A stretch of DNA of 64,000 nucleotides from positions 140,793-204,792 of the forward strand of contig NMRA01000246.1 in the NCBI GenBank assembly GCA_002633005.1. The letters are read 5' to 3'. Positions 1 through 11,600 of the stretch are shown here, piece after piece. Position 1 is the stretch's first letter, and each line of letters opens with the position of its first letter. Source of the DNA: Phoronis australis. Lineage: Eukaryota > Animalia > Phoronida. The position numbers and the translations under genes were made by a program. The notes under the pieces are model-generated. The model searched no databases and was not told the DNA's origin. It saw only the letters and a list, made by a program, of their open reading frames with translations.

Positions 1-528
1 TTGAATACACAATTTTGCCTACATTTGGAATCTGAGCGGTGTTTACTTAACAGCTTGAGACGACTGACAGTAGTATTGTCCTTGGTGCTGACAGGACATA
101 AGAATTAGTCACGTGATCTGCGGACATTGACTGGCAATTGCGAGTAACAAATATGTCGTTCCTTGTGCAACTCCTAAAGTCGGCCACGATGCCATGTTTG
201 AAGCAGAGTGACTACCGAACGCACATGAGAGTAAATAGATTTTCATATTTTTAAAGCATCTAACAAATTGTATTTTGCACTTATATTTATGCAATTCACA
301 TTTTGTTAAACATGCTTTTTAACTATCAAAATCACAGTTATTCAAGTTGTATGAATAACTGCATATTTGTTTTAGAAGTAAAAATTAATGAAAATGAATT
401 TACACTTACTGTTTCTCAGTCTCATATTTTGTCAATCTCGTATTTCTGTTAGGCTATCCTGTAATTGTTCCTGACATTGCAATAAACCAAACATGAAGTG
501 GCTTAGTTCTATCTCATTAATCTTGACT

Positions 529-591
529 TGTAATTAAAAACTGAAAAGAACTGTAGAATGTAATTAAAAACTGAAAAGAACTGTAGAATGT
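529..591. repeat. 30-bp perfect tandem duplication
   Basis: TGTAATTAAAAACTGAAAAGAACTGTAGAA x2. Confidence 0.9.
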
Positions 592-1527
592 GACGGGCAC
601 ACACATTCCAGAGTGTGAAAAGCACCCAGAATTACTAATATGATGAATGATTCAAGAACTGTGTCGCCTGTTTGGTTATTCTAGGATCTAAAATAAGAGC
701 AGTTTATTAGCTGTTCTTTGGTTGTTGTTTGTTAGGTGTTTTAGTCGTTCTTTGACAGTTGGTTTTCACATCATTAAGTAAATGATCAAAAACAATTTGG
801 ATTTGGCAGTTTAAGTGACCTTGAACCTGTAGCTATAGAAATCAAATAAAAAAATTAAATAAATTTGTAAATCTATTAATGGTTACATACAAGTGATTTT
901 GTTTGGCGTCTTCGATAAAAACGAAACTATTTTTCCCGTTGATTGAGAAAATGGCGTTGCAGCTGATTACAGGAAATGACAGAAAATATGAGAGCTGGCG
1001 TGTTACTACTGAGTAACAACTGGAACTGGAAGTGGCTGTTTATCTGAGATTGATATAATTAGTATGTTTTTATTACTCTGCTAGGATTAGCCTAATATGA
1101 CTGGACCAAGAGGAGCCATCTCATCAACAGCTTTGAAACAAAATTAATCTGTCTTGGTAAAGAAACCCAGTATTGATCTGCTTATTGTAACTTGATAAAT
1201 AAACCCTAATTAGGGTTTATGAGACACTGACAGTTCCTTTATCATTATTCCCAGAGCTGGATTACGGAAAGCGTTGTTTTTGTGCTTAAAGTGTTTTGCC
1301 CACGTTCATGTTGGGGATATTGAGTTGAACTAAGGAGCTATTGATGTGCAAAGTGGTTTTAAAATTATGGCAGTTGGCAGTCTAGTTTTTATGTTGGTAA
1401 AATTATTTTTACACCACATTTTGGTGGATGTACTCTGAGGAGGATCTTTGATTATTGTAATTAAATGTCTGAAGTTGTTTGCATGATAAATTAATTCAAG
1501 ACATTGGTGATCATTGCAGTGAGAATG

Positions 1528-2013
1528 GTTATAATTGAAATTATTACATTTATATTACAACGACACTGGTAGTTATAATTGTAATTATTACATTGATATT
1601 ATAACGACACTGGTAGTTATAAATATAGATTATTACATGGCAAAGTCGTTATCCCCCGTTATCTAGAGCCCGAGTGGATCGTTTTTCTGTAAATTATGCG
1701 TCATATTTTTCATAGCGTATAAATGTCGGTGCAATGCCCTTTGCTGAACATGCGATTGTTGCGCGTGCTCATTTAAGTATTCTATTTTCACATTCGATGA
1801 CGTCAGCCGCTGAGTGGTGTAGTGGTAAAGTCGGCGACTCGAAACTCTTGACGCCCAGGTTCAAATCCGGCTTCGGTTTCCCGCCAAAATGTTATCTTAC
1901 TAGTGAGATAACTTTATGGGTTATTACACGGTTGTATCTGCCATTCGAAGCTAATATTGTGGTATAATTGTAATTATTATATTGATATTATAACGACACT
2001 GGTAGTTATAATT
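1528..2013. repeat. About 44-bp minisatellite, interrupted at 1637-1960 by an insertion
   Basis: TATAATTGTAATTATTACATTGATATTATAACGACACTGGTAGT units on both sides of the insertion. Confidence 0.85.
1808..1878 (+). pseudogene. tRNA-derived sequence (tRNA pseudogene or SINE-like head)
   Basis: A box TGGTGTAGTGGT and B box GGTTCAAATCC at tRNA spacing; D and anticodon stems pair poorly. Confidence 0.65.
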
Positions 2014-2439
2014 AAGATGGAAGTGATCATATTTGTTTTAATATCTTGACACACAATAAATCAGCTGTTATCCTCTTTGCCAGTTTTGCTAGTTTGTGGT
2101 CCTTTTTGTCATCTACTGAAAAATATGTGCAGGTCTAGGAGTAAGTGGTAGATCAGTTGTAACCTGTTGCCATGGTACCACCAGCCACCACCCCTCCCTC
2201 ACCATCAATGATGCTTGTGTATTTGGTTCTGTCTCTTGTCCAGTGTGGTTGGCATAATCCATACCATCCTTTGGTACTGAACAAATAGTTAATATTTTAA
2301 TTTATGTCCTATTTCAACTTAGGTTCATCATAGTCATGCAACAGAACCCCATCATAGTCACTCAACAGAACCCCATTTTATGAAGAAGTTTAAACTATGC
2401 CCTCTCATCACTGAAATAGTCCCGGTCAATTTCTTGCAG

Positions 2440-2613
2440 GCCCACCACTCCCCTGTGAGAACGCCCGGTACGCCAGAACATATGCTGGAGCCTTTTCGAT
2501 ACAGTAGCGATGACCCACGGTCAGCCCGTGACAGTCCCAGCAACAGTAGTCGTAACAGCGCTGGGAGTCTAGATAGTGGACGAAGTCATGGTTCCACCCA
2601 GTATGATAACAGG
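2440..2613 (+). CDS. caskin: Caskin exon, Ser-rich linker (possible alternative upstream acceptor at 2323)
   Basis: ttcttgcag acceptor, AHHSPVRTPGTPEH...SRNSAGSLDSGRS, donor agg|gtaagt; phase 0. Confidence 0.75.
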
Positions 2614-5600
2614 GTAAGTAAAAGTGACACCTGTTGAGAACAAGAGTAAATAGAGTTGTGGCGCTGTTTGGTTGGTGATTGAATGGCAAGTGAAACTGAC
2701 ATTTGCCAGTAACCCGTTTGAGGTGAGTGACATTGTCGGCTGATGACAAGTTTTACGATTTTTCACTGTTGCATTCACACAAGCGGACACCTTACACGAT
2801 AAGCAGTAAACTACAACCGAAGTTGCACCAAATTCATAATACAGTACACGTCAAAAGTAATGGGACAAAATATTGTTCCCGGTCGTGACCACTCGTTAGT
2901 CATCGTCACAGGTTGTTTTAGATACCTGACGATGAATTTGAGTTTGCTCCAACTGGTAAAAACTGACATCAAACGGGCCAATTTACTTAGATCATTGACA
3001 GGCAGGGATTGATGTGCCTGTAACAATATTGTGGATATTGAAGCTTACAAGGTGGTAAGATTCGTATGTTGTTGCAATCTGAACATGTGTTAGTGCTCAA
3101 CAATTCCGTGCACCCGAGATATAACTGAAGAAGTTGTCTCTTTAGGAGTTTAGCCATATTACTACTGCACATAGGGACGTTTAAATGTTTCACTTAAAAA
3201 AGCGCAACATCCTAAAATGTATGTGAACAAAAAACGACCTTTCATTGTTGTCAAGTGTACCCATTGTGACCACCAGAATATAAAATTGGGCGTGACAGAA
3301 TTCACTGTTGTGATGTCACATGGCTAAAGAGTTGTGTATTGGATCTTTGCTATTTACATGGGTCATTATCTTGATTGATACCCTACCTGCTTAGATTCAC
3401 ATCAGTAGAAGTCTATCTGGAAGCTACTTGCCAGTTGATTACCAGGCAGTCTAACTGAAAGTAGTTATCATCATTGTAAAGTCTTTCAGAAGAGCTGCTG
3501 GATTAGGTTCAATCAAAGTTAAATAAATAGCAGGCATCTACTTGTTGCCAGGGTGATAACCTGTGACCTTAGAGTGGATGATTGGCGATGGTCACCTTTT
3601 TCCTGTTTATCGTCCTTGTTTTGGTCTAATTAATAAACGTCAGATCTCTGATAATTTCTGGTTTGCAGTTGGGGCCTGGTGTGATGGGAGCATGCCTCAA
3701 GGTAATAATCTCCTGGTTTTCTCTCAAAGCTTTGTGGTTATTCTATTTCTAACACGCATTCTTGCTGATGCATTCCGTTTTCCCATACCTTCGTATCAGT
3801 GTTGATTGGTTTTAGACTGTAAATTCACATTGAAATGGTCTCTTATAATTGAAAAATATGCAAATTTTGCAAAAAAAAGTTGATACTCTTAAATTGTTAA
3901 CCTCTACAATCATCAATTCGACCTCCTTAATTTGCCCCAAACATTCCTGAATCTGATTCTTCTCACCCGGTCAGAAGTATACAGTTCTATATAAGTCATC
4001 ACCACATTACCTAATCAGCACGTGTTCCAAAATTTCAAATGCTTCGTTTGGTCAATCCCAGGTCCCTATCTCACATGTTTTTGCACAGCAATTAAGAATT
4101 GGACTTAATGCAAAAACATAAGCAGATTCCAGAAAAAAAATTATTTTGTTGGAGTTTTTCTAAGTGATTGACCCAGTTTTGTTCCCAAGAGACTTCTGTG
4201 GTCTGACACAAGTCATCACCTCACAGTTATTGGTAAAGAATTAATTTAGCCCAAGGCTGTTATATGTTTCATTCCATTAAACCAAGAAGTAGAAGATACC
4301 CATCGGTAAATGTTTGTTTTCCTGAGAACCTGAACTACCTCTGATCCTTTAGAATTCAACTGTACTTCCCCTGGCTATTCAGTGGTCAATTCAGTCTATG
4401 GGAGAACTCACTCAGTGCTGGAGTAACTCGCATTTAACTGGCTATCTCATTGATGGATTTGATTGGAGTGAGAAATTGATTAGATCTTCTCAGTAGCATG
4501 GCTGCAGTGATTAGGGATGAAGTGCTGTGCCTGTGGTAAGAAGTCTGTTGTGACCAGGGTCTGTGTTTGGGCTTACGGGTAATGACCTTCCACTATGTTG
4601 TGCTAGGATAACACTGCTAAGGATTGTGTAGGTTAGATATTGCACTGACTATATTACCACGGTATTTTTAATTTGAGGTTGGGTCATTGTGAAAGTTAGC
4701 AGGTATTGTACTGACCAAAAAGTGTGGTTGGTAGCCAATTTAAGGTTTTCCTCGAGTGTATCTTATATTTGACATTCATGTTTGGAGCTAGATCCAGATG
4801 TATTGCAATAATTATAACTCTGTAGTTTGAAAATGAAGCCCTTTATTGCTTTCTTTCGTTAACTTTTTTATCGAGGCGTTGGTGTTTTGTTACTTTTTAA
4901 TTGCTTGCTCGTCAGTTTTTGAAACCTAGTCAGTTTGGTAGTTCACATGCTGTGCTAGTTGTATTGTCATGAATTATTAGAATTATTAAAATTTAGAGCA
5001 TCTCTCTTACTAAGAGTTCTTGTAAAATAAAATTTCAAAAAGTATCAGGAGCCTAATCGTTCCTCCATAACACCGTGTATTTCTCCTAGGTGTTGACTAT
5101 GGAGTTTATGTTTACCAGTTGTTAATAATTGATGCCCCCTGCCTCTTTGACATGAAAGGGCCCCTTACTCTGTGTGCAGGACATGAAAAGGCCCTGAATG
5201 GTTCTCACTGTGTCATTACACTGAATGACCCCAGTCCAGATTTAACACCCAATACTATGCATGTCACTCAATATCAAACTCCTTGTGGTGGATATGAAGA
5301 GCTGTGACCAACACTTAGTGAAATTAACAGATGAAGCATTAGAAAAGTTGATAAATAGATATGACAATCTTGATTATGGTGTGTAGTTTGAGCACTCACT
5401 ATTAAAGATTATCAATCTCGTTCAGTTCTTATGATGCATATTTTAAGTCAAGGTTGCTAGTTTCCCCACATTTTTTTACAGGATCTCAAAAAGGATCCCA
5501 TTTTAAGATTACTGAACAAAAGTTTTCGAACCTGTCTCAAAGTAGTCCGCGAATAGCTCAGGAAATATTGATGTTTTTTATTTCAATTCCAGTGAATGCT

Positions 5601-8600
5601 TTAAACGGACGTGCAACTCGGGCAAAACATTGTAGTTGAGTTCAGGATTTGTCCTGCCCAAATAAAGGCAAGGTGAACTCTGAGCAAGTTTTGCATGTTT
5701 TGGGAGCTAAAGTTTGTGTGATATGGGTGTCCACTAAGGTTTACATGCTCTCAAGAAAGGCGCGGTAGTGCACTGACTGAGGCGTTGTTCTTCAAAACCT
5801 TTTTTCATCTGTCACTGCATCGAATTTGAATTATGTTGTGACGAGTTTGAAAAACCTATGCAATGAGTTTTATGTATTGGGAGATTAGTCATTTTTAAGC
5901 TAATTATGTACTTTTTTGGTACCAGTTCAGTGCACAGCGTTTATTCCAAGACTTGGCACACTAACTCCCCACCTTATGAAAATAGACTTTCGAACATTTA
6001 CTTGAATTTCGAAATTCCAGTTGAGTTTGAATTTTCTGTTGTAAAAAACCCTGGGGGTGCCAGGCGTATTTAAAAGTAAAATTTTGTAAATTTTGTGAGA
6101 GTGTCAAAGCAATCGAGCATGGTAAATAAAATATTTCTATTTGGAAAGTGGAAATACGAATTTTTAAAGATATTATGAAGACATAAAATTATAGGTCTTA
6201 TATGAACAATGCGACTTTGCCTTGTTTTAGTTTTGTTATCATTTCATGGTGATAATGACATTATTATAATAATAATCACAGAAGTTTGTCCTAGAGATAC
6301 GTCAGCCACATGTTTTGGGCATAGTAAAGTTGAGGACAAAATGGCTTAAAAGTGAAATTCTAATTTCTCGTTTATTCCTTAAAAGATACATAGCACTAAA
6401 TCAATGCTTTTCCATGTTGTACCATGTGTTATACCATATACAATATTTCAAAAAATTGTGGTATCCACAATAATATTGGATGTCGCACTTTTAGGGCTTG
6501 CCAACCACAACAAAACTGAAACGTTGTCTTGAGGCATTGTTGATGGTTTCTGTGTTGTCGTTGATAACATAAATAGAATGGTAGTATCAGGGTTAAGGTA
6601 TATTACAAAGATCAATTTCTTGAGACAGAATGGACTGGTTCCATTTCAATATTTAGCCTAATGAAGGTGAAATGCAGGTTTAATTTTGTCAGAAATTGAT
6701 GACAGTTTATGTAAATGTTGGTACACTGCCATTGAAACTGGTTACAAGGCACTACTGAAAAATGATGCAGACCCTGAGTCAATAGACAAGTGCATTGTTA
6801 TCGATTATGTGTTTGTTTTTAAGTATCCAGTTTTGTTTAATCTCACCCTTGAGTGTTCTGTACTTGTCAAGTATTGTGGCCTTCCCTACATCACTTCCCT
6901 GTATGTTTGCTCGAAAGGGGGATCAACTAGCGGTGTTGGCACCTTCCTCAATAGTTGTTGCATTGACTAAAACAGGTCAATACTGCGATTCGGTGCAAGA
7001 AATACTTAAGAGTCAACATTTTAAATCCAGGGTTATATGTTTGGCAAGAAATTATGGTGAATTTACAATCGAAACTTGAAACTTCCTATTCATTTGCTTT
7101 GCCATTGTAAATCAAGTGGGCGTGTGATTTTGTAATTACATTTCATGGATTTTAGTTTCACATAACATATTAAAAAGTTAAGCCCAGTTCAATGCCTGAT
7201 GTCTGGAGTAGCTCTCTATTGACTTTTAGTGGACTTTCAGATCTGTATCATATAAAATGCCTGTTGGATTGATAACGAAAGTCTTTGGACAATAACAGTT
7301 CAGCATGCATATGCAAAGTGAAGGCAACATCTTGATGTGCCGATTATTTGCTCATATGAGCGCTATCAAGATACCTGTAGGTTATTAGTACCTTTGTGAT
7401 AGATGAGTTACCTGAATTCCAGTCACAATGGCGAGACATTAAGAGCAGAAGTGTACATAGATCTTAAGACCTGATGTTCTCAGGTAGATCAGGTGAGTTG
7501 TACTGGTGACATCACCAATATTGTTCAACATCAGCAGTTAACATGAAGTATTACCAACTAATATAGAGAGTTACCGATAGCAACGTATGACAATGGCGTC
7601 CAAAGTTGTTTGAATTTTTTGTGTTAAGTAAAAATGTAACACATGAGAGATGTCACACTGTTATCAAGTCACGGTATTAATTTTACACTGGTGGTAAAAA
7701 GTCTTTCTTTTTTCTTTGAGTTAAGTCCATATAACTGCTGTACTGTTCTGCCAAGTCAAATCAAATATATTTTTTCCTCTCATTGTCATTTCTGTATTTG
7801 GACTCCAGTGCTTAGTTATTGCAGCACCTTATTAGACAAGTTTATCAAGTTCTCTCAATTTCTCAGCGTTCAGGTATTGATTCCTTTCATAACCGTCCAG
7901 CCAAGCATTTTCCTGTCTTTTGTACCATCCAACTGAATATCTGTGAACTCTGTCCACAACAAATGATTGACGTGATTGATGGAAGTCGCTTGTCCTTGGA
8001 GCACTGCAAATCTCCGCTTGCTTCGGTGGGCATGAGCTAATCTATACTCGCAAGAACTGTACGTTTGCTAAAATGTTTGTGTTGTGATCTCTGTGTCATG
8101 GTTCCGGTGAGGAAATTTAAAACGGTTGAGAAGAGGCTGTAAAGAAAACTCGATTTTCCACTCAATTAGTGTTCCTAATGAGAGTGTCGCCACCTTTCCT
8201 GGTTAGGGTTGGTTGTGTGATCTGTTAGACACTAGATTATCCAACATTGCCTTGAGTCTAAATTGGTATTGGAATAGTTTTCATTTCAAATTTTTGACTA
8301 ACATCAGATTTTAGTTGAAGGATGTTGTTCATTTGCTTGCATGCTCATCTCTCCTCTTGCGAATATCAAAATAAGGTGCTCATAAAACTGAAACACTATA
8401 CACTGGCTTGTGATTGGTTGTCAAAGTATAGCCAGCCACAAGATAAACTGATGGTTGTTTTGAGGGCATACTGTGACCAGGCATGAAGCTACTACAGAAA
8501 GTATGATATTAGTCCCTAGCCGGGGGTGTGAACAGTCTGGTCACTGGGCTTCTTAATGCTTTGGTCAGGCTTCTAAATCCCATGGCTGGGCTCCCTGAAG

Positions 8601-11600
8601 ACAACAGCCAGAGAGCAGTTGCCATGGAATGATAATAAATACTTGAGTGGAAGTTTGATAGGCTGGCTTCTAAAGCCAATGAGGGAGTTGGCTTTGTAAA
8701 TGCTAGTCCTATGATCAGGTACTGAGGTGGGACCATGGGAGCAATGACTTAGCTAATAAATATTAATCAGCCTATCTGGCCACTGGATTGTTTTCACTCC
8801 CTGATGATAAAATGCACAACACAAGCACTGGGTTGCCATGTAATTGAACAACTGGCCATGTCTGTGAAGTGTTACATAACATCCCTCTTCTTAGTTAGCT
8901 CACTTCATTGGACAACTACCAACAGATGTGAAGACTTGCTGTGGGTGTGTATATACATGAAGGGAAATATTCTGACTGTTTAATACCAGATTTGGTCAGA
9001 GCTGACTGAAGATTCTCTAGATAATAATTAAGACACCTCTGGCTGTGAGACAGAATGTTTATTACTTGGACTGATGGGAGACAGTCATTATGAGGAGCAT
9101 GTTTTGGTGGATCTGTGTTAGCAAAGTGGTGGCAATTGAATGCTAGAGTTTTGCTGGAGGTAAACATTGAACAGCTGATTCTTGAAGTTTAGGTGTTTCT
9201 GGTAGTGTCATTTCCTGTCTGTCTGCTCCAGACTGTCCTGTGTTTTGTCGGTCAGATCAGTTAGGATCTTGTGCCCTACTCTTGTTTCCTAGACTGGGCA
9301 TTGTGAAGAATGCACTTTACTAAGAATTCGCTTTACTAATGGTGTTGGGAACGTCTAACAGAATTTCAGTATCGATTGTTGTATTTCAACTTTGATTAGT
9401 TGACACTCCTTCGATGCCATATTGCACTAAATATATTGGAATAACTCGTCAGTTTCCTGTCTTTTGGCGTTCTCCAAAATGTGGCTACTGGGTTAACTGA
9501 TATTCTGGACAAGACAGTCACTCGAGCAGAACCAGAGTGTGAAGTAACAACATAATGGATTACGCAAAGCAAGAAAAAGTGAAACTAGCATCTTTTCATT
9601 TTGCAAAGTATTGATATGGTTTGGTGTTCTGTAGTACGGTATGTTCAGAATAGAATTGTTCTTAGGATCTAGTACATATATCCCTCATTAAGACATTTCT
9701 GATAACTGGGTTGATTTAAATTTCATTTGTTTTGCTTTTTTCATTTGATAGCTTATTGAGTAGTTCTTGTGTTCCCAGCGTTGGTTGAAGCATGACTTAC
9801 TCTCGGGTCATCAGGTGGTTGTCCTGGGAACTTTGAAATCCCTGGTTAGTGAAGCCTCACTATTAATGAGGACCAAGTATTTTGTTTGATATTATCTGGT
9901 TTTTAAGGCCTAGTTTCCCACCTTCCACATTGTCAACTTGGCTTCTTTTAACCAGCTTATTAAAACCTGTTCACGTTGCCATGGAAACCACCTTGTTAAT
10001 TCTTGAGAGTCAAGATTACCATGTTTGCTTTTGTGACAGAAATAAATTAATCTGCTTTTTCGACACTTGACTATATCTGACTATGAATTATCTCAGGAAG
10101 CCAGGCTTTTAATTCATATTTCTATTAACAAGGCGTTTCATGTCCTAATTAACAGGATTGTACGTAGGATTGAGTGTGATTGGCAGTCTTTTTTGCACAC
10201 AAGTCCTAATAATAAGGAAGGAAAATGTGACATTGACGCAAACTGATGGGAAACTTGGGCTAATGAGTAAGTTATTCCTGCCACAGGGACATTGATGAAT
10301 TCAGTTGCCTGGTTGTTATAGGCGCTGATTTTGAGCATTCTGGGGAGGTGAGCTTAACATTTGAGCACACTGTCTCTTTAGCCGAAAATGGTGACTAAGC
10401 ACACTCAATGATGGAGAATTCGGTAAAAGCTTCAATTTGGGACAAAAATAAATGCTAAAATTATTGTTTTTGAATTTTCAAAGTCTTTCTACTTAGCACC
10501 TAGTTCCAAGTTTTCAAATTTTATGCCAAACGTTGTTGAGTAAAATTTTCTTGATAATTATTTTGAGATATTTGAGCAATTGAAATTTCGCCTGTTTGTC
10601 ATGCTCCGTCTTGAACTGAAGTATATTACCAAAAGCACAGTGTTAGTCCACTCTGCACATAACAGTAGTTACTGCCCTTGACTGATGGCACTATGTTGTC
10701 TTTTGTAGAGTGGCCACAGTGGTCAGTTCCATGTTAACGTCCAAGTGCACAGCCAACATCGCTTGTCAGGTCAGAGTTGTGAGTCGGGAGTCGGCCTGCG
10801 TCGCAGCTACCACAGTACATCGAGTTCGAGCCTGGGCAGTCTTGACCGTCTTGAGGAGAGTGGCTACTCTAGTACAGTCAATGTGGCTGAACTAGTCCAG
10901 TCAGGAATGAATGTGAGTTGGTAGAGATCCCAAGAAAATATTTGTTGTTATTCATCACTTATGCTTTTCCAATGTTTTCTGACATAAGATTTCAAGTGCT
11001 GATGTGGAAAGATTATTGTTGGCTTTTGATATTTGATCCATTTAGTGTCAAAACTGTGGCTATCGGCCAGGGCCACCTCTATTTTTGGGCTCTTAATAAA
11101 TGTGGTTTTGAACGCTCGAAGTGGCCTCTTTGAGAATCAGAGTAAGTTCATGAGTAAGGTAAGACATGAAACATCACAGCTCTTAACTTGTACAGCTGGA
11201 TCAAGCAAACGCTGAGCTACTTCGCACATCACCGGCACTGGTACTCGTTTCAACATCGCGTCAACTCCTTGGTCATCACTTTCGTTGCACAGGTCACACT
11301 GTTCACATTGGGAGCACTTGCATTCGTTATAAAATGTGGTGATTGATGCAAACCCTTCTTGTGTTAATGCTCAATTCAGAGAATTGAGACTGACTGCGAA
11401 ACGGGCGATTCAACTGTTGCAAGTGCCCAATGCGCTAACTTAAAATTTGTAACATTACACGTGGATAATGGGTATTGTGTATTGATTTTGATATAACAAT
11501 TTGGTATATAGCATTTGTTTTATGCTGTTGGAAATTTTCAAGTTTCACTGAACGTGAGCACTGGCTGTTTGTTTTCAAAACTGCACTGTGAGATTGGAAA

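Noticed and set aside
1808-1878. Functional tRNA (CGA in the anticodon position)
   Set aside because: The anticodon and D stems do not pair and there is no long Ser variable arm; treated as tRNA-derived.
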